DNA of 64,000 nucleotides from Fonticula alba ATCC 38817 (Eukaryota > Protista > Nucleariida): NCBI GenBank assembly GCA_000388065.2, contig KB932201.1; one strand, written 5' to 3'. Under the pieces are notes generated by a model, which did no database searches, was not told the DNA's origin, and was given only the letters and a program-made list of their open reading frames with translations. Shown one piece after another: positions 1 to 11,808 of this stretch; the first letter of the stretch is position 1, and the number at the start of each line of letters is the position of its first letter. The translations under genes and the position numbers were made by a program.

Positions 1-3000
1 CGAAGCCATGGTGACCCCACACAACCGTCCGGGCCCTCCCAATCATCACCCGGTCAGTCCCTCGGTTGGGGATCGGCGGCCGCACCGAGGGGTGATGCTT
101 TCATGGAAGATTGTTGTGAGAGCGCGAGCCGGCCCAAACACCTGTACATGGCTGCCCCTTTGCCGTGCGAGGGCGGGGGCGGCGGGGCGCTGNNNNNNNN
201 NNNNNNNNNNNNNNNNNNNNNNNNNNNGGGGGGGGGGGGCAGCACGTCCGGTGAAGGGCTCCCCCCGCTCTGTCGCTGCGCCCGCCTGGAGCCGTCTTCG
301 GGTCCCTCCTTCCTGTGCGGCCGGCGTGCGACCGGACCGGGGTACGATCATCTGGTCGCGCGCCTAAAACACATCAACACAATGTACACATTCCCTCGGG
401 AGTCTCCTCGAGCGTCATCAAATCGGGCAGCCCTGCGGGCCGGGGGAAAAAACAGTCGCTCCAACACGTTCCGCCCCCTGCCGCCACCGCCGGCGCCGGC
501 GCCAGTGCCGCCGCCGGTGGTTCCCCCCTGGACCCCTTCCCCCAAAGAGCCCCCGGCCGAAATCAATAAGCTCGGCCTCTTCTCCCCGTACACATACTTC
601 TGAGACCCTTCCGTATGGCGGTCTCTCCGCCCGCTGGAGTATCCTCCTCGCACAGCAAGGTCGCCCCGTGCTCCCCCGCCCCCGCTCGCTCACCCACCCG
701 CCCCGTTGGATCAAACAAAGGCGGTCCCCGGCCGGCGCCCCTTCCTGCGGAAAAGCACACACGTCCAGCGCCGTGGCGCAGCAGCCAGCACCCCCGCTCG
801 CCCCCTGTATTTACGAGGCGTTGATGCATTCCACACGCCATCAAGCCGGTGTCTTGTCCGGGTGAGGGCCCCGGTAGCTCGCTTCTTCCCTCAGATCTCC
901 GGAATCAGGCTGGCTGCCCTTCCTCTCGCGCTCTGGCCAGCCGCGCTCCACCCTGCCCACCCTTCCCTACAGAGAGGTCGAGGACCACTCCCCCGCGGCC
1001 GCCCCCCCCCCTCGAGTGCAGAGCGGTGTTTCGTCCCCCACCCCGGCCGGCGCCCCCCTCTCGCGCAGACTCGGTTCTTGATCCAACCACCGACGCCGGG
1101 GCCAGCGGGAGGAAAGGGGTAAATACCGATGGGGCGGTGGTCACGGGATGGGTCATGTGCCTTCCGGCTCGAGGCATGACGTGTCGATCACGGACCCCTG
1201 AGACAAGGCCCTTTTCGCCAAGCCCCGTCCATCAACCCCGGCCCTCACAGGTAACCCCGGGGGAGGGGGGGGGATATACATGCGCGCTTTCCCAGAGTCC
1301 CGCCTGTGCCAGCCATCGACGACGCGTGTGCTCAGGACCGGGGAAAAAATAATAGTGCACCGCGAACTCCCTGGAGCCGTCTGCGCCCTGCTGTGGTGTG
1401 GCAAAAATTGGGCCGCGCACTCGTCAGGCTTCGGAAAAAATGACCGGTCCGCCGTCGCCGGGCCCCTGCCGGTGGTCCTTGCTCGTCCGTCCCCCAACTC
1501 AGGATCGGCCTGCGCGTTTTCTTCTTCTTTTTTTTTCAGCGCCCGGCCACCAGGCCCGTGCCGGGACCATCCTCTGGGGGGGGGGATGCGGTGGGCCACT
1601 GTGATGGTGCGAACGGCGAGGGGGGTGGGGTGGCCCGAGGTGTGGGCAGATCCATCGAGTGTGCACGCCCTCCGTCGGGCTGCCTGCTCGCCCACCCGGG
1701 TCCCCGAGTCTTTTGCCAAGGTAACACCGCCGCGCTTGATAAGACCGCATTCTTTCGCCGGAGCCCGACCTCTGGCGGAATGTCTCGACCGCCACAAACT
1801 CCAGGCGGAGGGCCGGGGGGGAGGGGCACACGACAAAAAACGCCTCTTGCTTACAAAGAGCTGGGCACTCAGGGGGGCGCGGCTGGCAGTCGGGTGTGTG
1901 CGTGTGTGTGTGTGTGCACGCCCGTCTCACCGACGAACGTCAGGTCACCCTTCCAGAGGGGGGAGGTAGAGGGGCATGGGGCGGCACGCCGCCGAAAGGA
2001 CCGGAGGCCGGCATTTCAACCGCGGATGTACGCCTTTCTGCCGTCCCCTCCGGGACACACGCCCCAGGTCTCCGCCCATGTGCTAACGCCTGGCTACTGC
2101 GGCTAATGGCCTCGCCCTTCGTCCGCCCGCCCTTCGCCCGCCCGCCCGCACCCCCCCCTCCGGGCGTGTCTTCCTGTGAAAGCGCGCGAACAGGTCTCCC
2201 TGCCAGCGTACAGGCTCCCCAGGCACGACAGAACAGGACCCAGGGGCAGGCGGGGGGGGGTGGGGGCACACAAAAGAAGATGCAGGCGTTCCCCGCCGCC
2301 CGGTGCGAGGACACGCACCAAGATGGAATACCAGATAGTGGGCGCATCACGGAGACGCGGGCAACAGAGGAGACCCAGGGGTGACTTGCCGGGGAGCAGG
2401 GGGGGGGGGGGCAGACCGCCATCCCTCCGTAAACACACATACACACATGCCTTGTTTCCGTCCCTCGGGAGAGGCCGGCATCTCTGCTCCCTCGAGGAGG
2501 AGAGAGCTTGCCAGATGGCAAACGTGTACCCACACCCAGCGCGCGGTGGTTGCGGCACCGCAACGGCGTCGGTCAGACCTGGGGCATGCCTGGGGGGGGG
2601 GGGCGGGGGCTGGCCGAGCACTGCCGCCCGAAGGGCGACGAGGGGCGGGGCAAGAGGACGAGGGGGTCAGTTGCCCCCTGTGTCTGAACTACCATCCGCA
2701 CACCGGCCCACCATGTCTGTCAACTAGGATGTCCCCCCGCTTTCGCCCCCTTCTGCCTGCCCCCCCCCCCCTTGCCCATCCGAGAAAGATGGGGGGAGGC
2801 CTTTTTTCGGACCCCAATGTGCGACTCCGAGGGCCGGCCCTTGCCCGTCACCTCGCCTCACCCCCCCCCCNNNNNNNNNNNNNNNNNNNNNNNNNNNNNN
2901 NNNNNNNNNNNNNNNNNNNNNNNNNNNNNNNNNNNNNNNNNNNNNNNNNNNNNNNNNNNNNNNNNNNNNNNNNNNNNNNNNNNNNNNNNNNNNNNNNNNN

Positions 3001-3861
3001 NNNNNNNNNNNNNNNNNNNNNNNNNNNNNNNNNNNNNNNNNNNNNNNNNNNNNNNNNNNNNNNNNNNNNNNNNNNNNNNNNNNNNNNNNNNNNNNNNNNN
3101 NNNNNNNNNNNNNNNNNNNNNNNNNNNNNNNNNNNNNNNNNNNNNNNNNNNNNNNNNNNNNNNNNNNNNNNNNNNNNNNNNNNNNNNNNNNNNNNNNNNN
3201 NNNNNNNNNNNNNNNNNNNNNNNNNNNNNNNNNNNNNNNNNNNNNNNNNNNNNNNNNNNNNNNNNNNNNNNNNNNNNNNNNNNNNNNNNNNNNNNNNNNN
3301 NNNNNNNNNNNNNNNNNNNNNNNNNNNNNNNNNNNNNNNNNNNNNNNNNNNNNNNNNNNNNNNNNNNNNNNNNNNNNNNNNNNNNNNNNNNNNNNNNNNN
3401 NNNNNNNNNNNNNNNNNNNNNNNNNNNNNNNNNNNNNNNNNNNNNNNNNNNNNNNNNNNNNNNNNNNNNNNNNNNNNNNNNNNNNNNNNNNNNNNNNNNN
3501 NNNNNNNNNNNNNNNNNNNNNNNNNNNNNNNNNNNNNNNNNNNNNNNNNNNNNNNNNNNNNNNNNNNNNNNNNNNNNNNNNNNNNNNNNNNNNNNNNNNN
3601 NNNNNNNNNNNNNNNNNNNNNNNNNNNNNNNNNNNNNNNNNNNNNNNNNNNNNNNNNNNNNNNNNNNNNNNNNNNNNNNNNNNNNNNNNNNNNNNNNNNN
3701 NNNNNNNNNNNNNNNNNNNNNNNNNNNNNNNNNNNNNNNNNNNNNNNNNNNNNNNNNNNNNNNNNNNNNNNGGGGGGGGGGGGGGGGGGGGGGGACAGGG
3801 GAGGTCGCACCATGCGCATGCGCAACACAACTGTCGGCTGACATCTCGCCGCCACCTCCAG

Positions 3862-4608
3862 CCCCGGAGATCCTTCGCCAGTGTGGCTACGGCAAGAGCG
3901 TGGACAACTGGTCGATCGGTGTGATTGCCTATATCCTGCTCTGTGGCTACCCCCCTTTCTATGATGAGGACCAGGCGACCCTGTTCCAGACTATCATGGC
4001 CGGTGTTTTCGACTTCCACGTGGAGTACTGGTCGCACATCAGCGACTCGGCCAAGGATCTCATCCGCCGGCTGCTGACCGTGGATCCGGCCCAGCGCCTC
4101 ACCGCCGAGGAGGCCCTTCGCCACCCGTGGATCGCGCAGGAGGGCGGCTCCGCCAGCAACATCGACATCCATGAGTCCTTCACCACTCAGCTGGCCAAGT
4201 TCAACGCGCGGCGCAAGCTCCGGTGCGTCTTCCTTTCATATCTTGGCCGCTCCCGAGCGACATATGTGCTCCCCTCCTCCCTCCCCCGGAGGAGCACACA
4301 CGCTGACCATCTCCCTCCATGCGTGTCGGCTGTCTTCTGCCTCCTCGCCATCCTCTGCCTCTCCCCTGCCCCTCCCCCGATGCACGTGCAAACGTGTGCC
4401 CTCCCGTCCAATTTTTAACACACACACACACACACACACACACGCACGCACACGCACACGCCTACGCAGTGCGGCCATGAAGACAGTCGCCATGGTCACT
4501 CGCTTGAAGCGCCTGGGTCTGAACGCCGCCGAGGCCACCGCCGACGAGCAGGAGGAGACCTCGGACTCCTCGCCCCTTGGCTCGCCGACCACCGAGTTCG
4601 CGCAGTAA
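3862..4608 (+). CDS. Ca2+/calmodulin-dependent protein kinase, CaMKI-like (3' part; N-lobe presumably in gap 2871-3771)
   Basis: Exon 3862-4222 encodes (A)PEILRQCGYGKSVDNWSIGVIAYILLCGYPPFYDE...SAKDLIRRLL...RLTAEEALRHPWI (kinase subdomains VIII-XI). GTGCGT..CAG intron 4223-4469. Exon 4470-4608 completes the calmodulin-binding helix ARRKLR|AAMKTVAMVTRL and ends at TAA. Confidence 0.9.
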
Positions 4609-4879
4609 ACGCTCTCGGTCCATGGACCAGCCTCCCCTTGCTGCTGGGGCTCCCCCTCCATCTCTCGCCTGCTCGCTTGCCCGCCGCGTTACACGCTCAT
4701 ACTTCCCTTTGGGAGACTCCCCCTCCAAACAGTCACCCTCTCCTCCATTGTGCGGTGCTCCGCCTGATGGCGGCTTGACCCGCGCCCTCGAAGACGGCCG
4801 TATATAGAGCTCACACAAACGCCCGCATGTGCCACCAGCTCATCTCCCCCACCCCCTCGAGCATGGGGAAAATAATAAT

Positions 4880-4885
4880 AATAAA
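4880..4885 (+). terminator. Candidate polyadenylation signal (AATAAA) of the CaMK gene
   Basis: AATAAA within an (AAT)n tract about 270 nt after the stop codon, in otherwise GC-rich DNA. Confidence 0.35.
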
Positions 4886-5523
4886 AAAGACCTCAGAAAG
4901 TGGCCCATCTTTTGCCTTGCGTCCGTCCCCCCCCCCCTCCGCGCACCCCCAGTGCCCCTCTCACGCCCTGAAGCGTTATGCCCGCACACGCGTCTTTCAC
5001 CGTTCTTTGCCCCCCCCCCTCCCCCCCGGAAAGTACGGGGAGAGGGGCACATGCCCAGTCACCGGGCCTAGGCCCGGGCTAGATCCCCGAGACCCCAACG
5101 GATTCGCCACCAGATGGTCCATGATCGTTGGCACCTATATGTTAAACATTGGCGCCTGGTGCCTGGTCGGAACGGGCCCTCCCACCGTGCGGGCGCGCGC
5201 GCGCGCTCCCGCATACAGACTTTCTTCAACGCGCCGCTGCACACTCGTCGCCCCGGCAGGGACAGGGGGGGGGGGGGCCATAGTCGGGCGTGCGCCGGCA
5301 TCCGAGCCGGGCAGGCTCTCCGAGGCCTGAGCAAGCGGCCGGTGGCTGTCTGTCTCTCGGCCCATGAGGGGGTCTGTAGGGAGAGGGGGACAAAGCAAGG
5401 AAGGAAAACGCGCGGTCCAGCCAAATGGAAGGCCCCCGGGTCCTGGGCGGCGAGAGAGGGGCCCCTGGAGGAGGAGGAGGAGGACGACGAGCCGATGGTT
5501 TGTCGACGCAATGGCACCAGGCA

Positions 5524-5555
<32 letters not shown>

Positions 5556-5962
5556 GAATTCGAGCCGCCAAGCGCGCCCCCAGGGCCTCGCTGGCCAACG
5601 GACGGGAACAACCGCCCCTCGCCCCGGCGCGCCGACCCGGGTCTGGCCAGACCGCCCTCCCTGACGCCTCTGCGAACGAAAGTGCTTCCCCGGGAGGGCG
5701 CGGCGCCGGGCTATTTAAAGATCCCTCCTAACCGGTGGGCCCGGAGGGGCGGGCATCGAGCCTCCCCCCCCCCTTCCTGTGACTCGCACACCGCGCCACA
5801 CCCCTACCCTCCTTCCGCCCGTCCGCCCGTCCGCATTCCTGCAGAAACACGCCGCTCTTCCATCTCTCCCCCCCCCCCTCCCCCCTTCCCCTCCCCCCTC
5901 ATCCACGCGCCGCGCCTCCCTCCTCTCGCTCCCCGAGAAAGAGAGCATCACACCCCACAACC

Positions 5963-8900
5963 ATGGCCCGGTCCTCGCACTCCCGCTCGTACGGCGATGC
6001 CGACCGCGAGCGCCGCTCGAGCGCCTACGACTCCGATGGTGGTGAAGATGATGACTACCGCTCGGCCGGCGAGGAGGACGACCTAGATGATGACTACTCC
6101 CCTCGGCGGGGATCCAGCAGCGGTGGGTCCTCCTCGCGCAAGTCCAAGCGTCGGGACCGCGCGCGTGACGACTATGATGACCAGGACGACGACTATTCGG
6201 ATGACGACGCCGAGGAGGACTATGAGGAGGACCAGCACCGGCGCCCTCGCAAGAGTCGCCGTACCACCTCGGCCTCCCTCTTCGAGGAGGATGTCGAGGA
6301 GGCCGATGAGGACTATGAGTCCGATGGCGACCTCAGCGAGGAGGACTACGAGGAGTCGCGCCGGGCCAGCCGGAAGTCCTCCAGCAAGACGTCCAGCAGC
6401 AGGCGCAAGTCCTCCAGCAGGGAGTCCGGCTCGTCTGCCGTGGACAAGGCATCCAGCAAGAAGAAGAAGAAATCCGGCAAGTCGCGCACCTCCAGCCTCT
6501 TTGATGACGCGGCCGATGTCGGTGACTCCGACGAGGAGGATGAGGACTACTACTCCGACGAGCCGGAGGAGGGTCTCTATGATGCTGCCGCCGAGGCTGA
6601 GCAGCGGGCGTCGGCTGCCGCCGCGCGGTGCGTTCCCTGGCCGGCTTAAACTCCCCCACCGCCACTGACTTTGTCCTCTTCACAATCGCCCTCTTACTCA
6701 CACACACGCGCGCGCGCACGCACGCATGCATGCATGTCGATGGCGCCCTTTCTCTCCGTCTCCTTTCTCCTCCTCTTCCCCCTTTGATGGCCGCCCCTCC
6801 CTCCGACCGCCCGACCGCCCGACCGCCCGACCGCCCGACCGCCCGACCACCCATGCCACAGCCAACTCAACCGCGACCACATGCGGCGTGACTATGACAA
6901 CTCGCAGATGACCATCCGTCGACTGGAATCCTCGTACGGGCGCCACGATGCCGAGGACTATGTCGTATCGGACTCCGAGGATACCGGAGATACGCTGCTC
7001 AGCCGGCTGCCGGTTGCCTCCAACAAGCGCCAGCCCAAGCTCTGGAAGGTGCCTTGCATGCGAGGCAAGGAGTTCCTGGCGTGTCGGCAGCTGACGGTCA
7101 AGTCCATTGCTTTCGGCTCGGACGACTTCGTCATCTACAGTGCCGTGGCCACCGAGCGTGGCTGTGGCTACATCTATGTCGAGGGCTACACCAGCCAGGC
7201 GGTCAAGACCGCCTGCGAGGACATCAGCTCCCTGCTGGTCCGGCGCGTGAACCAGGTGGAGATGGTCCCGGTCTCGGACATGACCCAGGTCCTGGAGACC
7301 AAGCCCATCGAGAATACGGAACTGGCTCCGAATGACTTCGTGCGCATCCGGTCCGGCCACCACCGCGGAGACCTGGCCCAGGTCATCCGTGCCGATGACA
7401 ACTCCCTGCGCGTGCATGTGAAGCTTGTTCCACGTATCGATTACTCGAACCTGGCGCGCGATCGCCCAGCCAAGGATGCGGTGCGCACGATGGCATGCGG
7501 GGGGGGGGGGGGGGGGCAGATCCATGGCTTTGACATGGCCGTCTCCCTCCTCCTCTCTCTCCTCCGCTACTTCCTCTACTTCCTCCTTTTTCCTCATGCA
7601 TCCACCTGGTGACTGACCATTTGCCATGCATGGACTTGGGTGTGGGTGTGTGGCTCACGCCTCCACAGAAGCGCGAGCAGTTCCGCCCGCCTCTGCGCTT
7701 CTTCGACCCGGAGGAGATTCGGTGCGTGTGTCTCACGCCCAAAGGGACTCCTCTTTTGCTCACCACTCGAGGACCCTCTCTGGCACTCTTTTTCGCTCCC
7801 CCCCCCCTCCCCCCTTCCCCTCCCTTCCCTCCCTCCTCCCAAAAACTTGCCTCTAATCACCTGGGACGCCTCCCCCTTCTCGATCGCCTTCCCCTCCACC
7901 ACACAGCAAACATGGCCATCACATCCGCAAGACCGAGGATGACCGCTATGAGTTCGCTGGTGAGTACTACTCCAGCAAGGGTCTCCTGCTGAAGATCTTC
8001 AACACCAAGAACCTGGTGCGTCCACTCCCAGCCCATGCCCTGTCATTTGGGGATCTTTCCTCCACCGAATGTGCACCCCTTCGCTTTGCCCCTCTCATCT
8101 CACCTTTCCCATCCCGCTCGCCGATGCAATCCATGTGTCCGCATGCATGTAGATCACCCGCGACGTCAAGCCGACCCTGGATGAGCGCGAGTGGTTCCTC
8201 AAGGCCGAGAAGGGCGAGAGTACGTGAGCCAGCCTGCTGCACGGCTGCCATCCTTGGGCCTCCTTTTGCCTGTGCCATGACCTGCTCGTCTGCTTTCTTT
8301 GGGAACTTTTTTTTCTCCCTCCCCCCCCCCTCCCCCACTCACCCTTCCCTCCTGCCTTCTCCCTGCCCATGCCACACCACACAGTCACCTCGAAGGAGCT
8401 CGCCTCTCTGAGTTCCACCACCGGCGACTCCGGCTCGGACACCATCCAGATCGCGGCCAAGAACCTGCGCATCGGTGACCCGATTATCGTCCTGCGGGGC
8501 GACCTGCGCAATGCCACTGGCTACGTGGAAACCATCGAATCCAGCGGCGCGGTGGCCGTCCGGCTGGAAGTCACCAGCATGGCCGGCGTCGAGTCGGTGG
8601 CCTCGGCCATTGGCATGTCCATCGTCCGGGGCAAGAGCGGGCAGAAGCTCATTCGCACCAAATTCGTGGCCAACCAGCTGCAGAAGTTCTTCCGTAGTGG
8701 TGACAAGGTCAAGGTCATTCGTGGTGGCCATAACAACCAGACTGGTATGTGCATCATCTCGGCGTGGGGTGGCCCTTTTCCCTCTCCGGCATCCCCCGAG
8801 CCGCCAATCCCTTGGATCCTGACCCTCCTCCTGGCCGTGCGTGTGTGCGCGTGTGCGCCATCTGATCGACGTAGGTATTGTGTTGGATGTCCAGGGCGAC

Positions 8901-10532
8901 ATCGCCCGAATCACGACGGATATCCAGCGCACCGAGATCGAGGTCTTCACTCGGGACTTGACCCTGACCAATGAGACGTCGACGTCGCTCTCCTCGGCTG
9001 GACGCTTCCGCCACTTGGATATGGTCCTGCTTGAGTGCGTTTTGCCATTCTCTCTGGCACATGCACGAACATGCTTTTGCCGAGTCCCTCCACCAACTTC
9101 AGTCACCCTTTGCCCGTGCCAACTCACGCGTGGATCTGACATGCTGTGCTGCCTCTGCCTTCCTTTCTCCCCTTCCTTTCTCCCTCCCTCCCTCCCTCCC
9201 TCCCTCCCTCCCTCCCTGCTCAGTGGAACAACCGCAGCTGTTGTGCTGGCCGTCGACGGTCAGCACTTGCGGGTGATCGATCACCGTGGCGTGTCGCGCA
9301 GCGTTGCCGAGAGTGACGTTGTTGCTACGACATCCAACACCAAGAAGTTCGCCCGGGACATTAATGGCGGCCGGATCTCTGTCCGCAGTCAAGTTCGGGT
9401 GCTCGAGGGCCCAAACAAGGTGCGCCCCTCCGATGTCGGTCTACTGCCTCGGTGGTGAGCAGCCCGCGCAGTGGCCAATGTTCATCCTCCGCAATTCCGC
9501 CACATGCTGATGGCCACGCCCCCCCCCCTCCTTGAATTGTGGATCCCCCCGGCTGGTGGTCCTCCCTTTGTCGGGTGGGGCTTGTCTTGCACCAGGACCG
9601 CCAAGCCTCGGTGCTTCACATTTTCAATCAGGCCATCTTTTTGGTGGCCAATGATATTCGCGTCAACTCCGGAGTCTTCACCGCCTACCAGAACCAGGTG
9701 CAGCTCATTCAGGACACCAGCTTCCGGCCGCCGGTTCCCACCGGCCCTCCCGGCATGATGGCTCCCGGTCTCGGGGTTCCTGGCATGATGATGGGCGGTG
9801 GCGGCGGCATGTCTGGTGGAGATCCCTTCCGCGGTCGGCGCGACCCGCTGCTCAACCAGCAGGTGACCATTGTTGGCGGTCTGCACAAGGGAGCGGTGGC
9901 CACCATTCGCCGGGTTCTCCCCCAGGGCGACCGCGTCCGGGTGTTCATCCCCAGCAAGCGTCTGGAGGTGGAGCTCCCGCGGTCGAGCATCCAGCAAGGG
10001 TATGTTCCCATTTCGCCTCCCCCTTTTCTTGTGTCCGCACATGTGCCTTTCGCATGCTGGTCGCCACTCGCTCCGCCATCTCTAACCCCCCCCCCCCCCC
10101 CACACACACACACACAGTCAACAGGTCCGCCCAGGTGGACAGCAGGTGTCCGGCATCGTTCTTCCCTTCCCCGGACAGGCACAGGGATATGGTGCCGGCC
10201 GGTATGGTGGTGGGGCCACTCCCAGCTATGGGGGAGGTGCTACCCCCAGCTATGGCGGCGGCGCGACCCCCTCCTACTCGTCACATGCGCCGATGTATGG
10301 TGCTGGCGCTGGCGGGCCTGGTGGCGGGACTACCCCCTCGTATGGCGCGCCGACCGATTACTATCGGAGCAGCGCCCCCGGTGCCGGCGCCGGCGGGGGC
10401 TCCGCCTACCCGGGTGTTGGTGGCGGCCCGGCGTACCCTGGGCCTGGCGGGAGCTCCGCATATCCCGGGGCCAGTGGCTACGGCGCCGGCAGCGCCAGCC
10501 GGCCCCCTGGCGGTGCCCCTTACCGCCATTGA
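5963..10532 (+). CDS. SPT5: Transcription elongation factor Spt5 (DSIF large subunit), 10 exons, ~1015 aa
   Basis: Exons 5963-6627, 6862-7480, 7669-7721, 7907-8015, 8153-8219, 8385-8744, 8875-9034, 9224-9419, 9596-9999, 10118-10532; all GT..AG and phase-consistent (3048 nt). Acidic N-terminus, NGN domain (PKLWKVPC..GYIYVEG..MVPVSDMTQVL), KOW1 (GDLAQV..KLVPRIDY), further KOWs (FRSGDKVKVIRGGH; VRVLEGPNK; VTIVGGLHKG) and GGGATPSY C-terminal repeats. Confidence 0.96.
6803..6848 (+). repeat. Octamer tandem repeat (CCGACCGC)x5.75 in SPT5 intron 1
   Basis: Read directly; ends 13 nt before the 3' splice junction at 6861/6862. Confidence 0.9.
9181..9217 (+). repeat. (TCCC)n microsatellite forming the polypyrimidine tract of SPT5 intron 7
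   Basis: Read directly, just upstream of the acceptor CAG at 9221-9223. Confidence 0.85.
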
Positions 10533-11735
10533 GCCAATTGCAATGTGTGGTCGCCGCGCCAGAGCGGACACGCTCCCTTGGTGGGGCGCTATCTCTCCCT
10601 GTGGACGATGTACCGCAGCACACCCTCTTCCTGGCAGAGCAGAGATGTGGGGCGGGGAAGGGGAGCCAGCTCTGCTGCGTGTGTCGGGCACATTCTCCAC
10701 TTCCTCCGCTCTTTGAGTGTGGGAAAGACACTTGGGCATTAATTTCCCCGGAACTGTCAGGCGACTCTCCGTGGCCTGCAGCTGATGCAGCTGCCATCTG
10801 TCCACAAGGCATGGTCCCAGAGCACCGGCTCTCCTCCCCCTTCCAGCGATTTATTCTGCCGAGTACTCCTCTCCTCTTCCCGGAGGGGGGGCTACTCCCC
10901 TTTTCCACCAAATCAACGTGCGCCACGCGCCTGACACTCTTGCGTGCACGCTCCCTCCCCCTCCCCTCCTTCCCTCTTGTATTCTTCTCTCCCCTTCCTC
11001 CTTTCACACTTCGGTTGAGACATCCCCCGAAAATATACATATAAACATGCATACATGCGTTCGTGCGTGCACACACACACACACACACCGCACAGGCAAA
11101 CGGGCAGATCCGCAAACAGGCCCCCATGCCCCCCCCCCCCCCCCTTCCTGCCTCCCTGCGTGCCCCTTTCCGCCTTAATAGCCCAAAATCCCGGCACTTC
11201 TCCGAAAAAGAAGGCGGTCAGGGGTGCTCGTCGCAGGGTTACTTAATCGAGACTACAGCATGACTCTGGAACGTGGGGCGTTGGCATGTGGGGGAATGGC
11301 TCCCGGGCATCGGCCGCAATCTGGTGGAGCTGGCCATCTTGTTTTTGGTCCGTCTCTCCCTGCAAGCAGCAGGAGCCCAAGGGCCTCTCTCGGGAAAGGA
11401 AACGGTGGCCTTGCACCACACCACCAAGGTGCGAGGCAAAAGTGGCAAGGCGGCCAATGCAGTGGGACAGACAGAGGAGATGACGGGGCGGACCAACCGC
11501 CCCACCCCCTCCTACTCTCGACGAGAGGGTGGAGGGCCGGCAGGGGGGCATGGGCGTTTCCTCCGGCCCTCCTGCCATAACCACCTCCCTTTCCTTTCTC
11601 CCTTGTCGTCCTGCCAGGTGGCCGTGTTGAAAACGGCGCGCCTTGAGCCTTTCCTCCTGTTCCCCCCTCAGACCCCATCTTTCCTCTCACTCTCCTCCCT
11701 TCCAATCTCCCTTCCCCCCCCCCCCGCCCCACACA

Positions 11736-11765
11736 CACACATACCACTAGCACACATACCACTAG
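11736..11765 (+). repeat. 15-bp tandem duplication (CACACATACCACTAG)x2
   Basis: Two exact copies, 11736-11750 and 11751-11765, about 45 nt upstream of the ATG at 11809. Confidence 0.85.
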
Positions 11766-11808
11766 CACCACCCCGCTCACACTCCGCACAAAGAAGACAC
11801 GGGAAAGC

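Noticed and set aside
1-2870. Possible 5' exons of the CaMK gene
   Set aside because: No GxGxxG, VAIK, HRDLKPEN or DFG motif in any frame; the N-lobe is more plausibly in the 2871-3771 gap.
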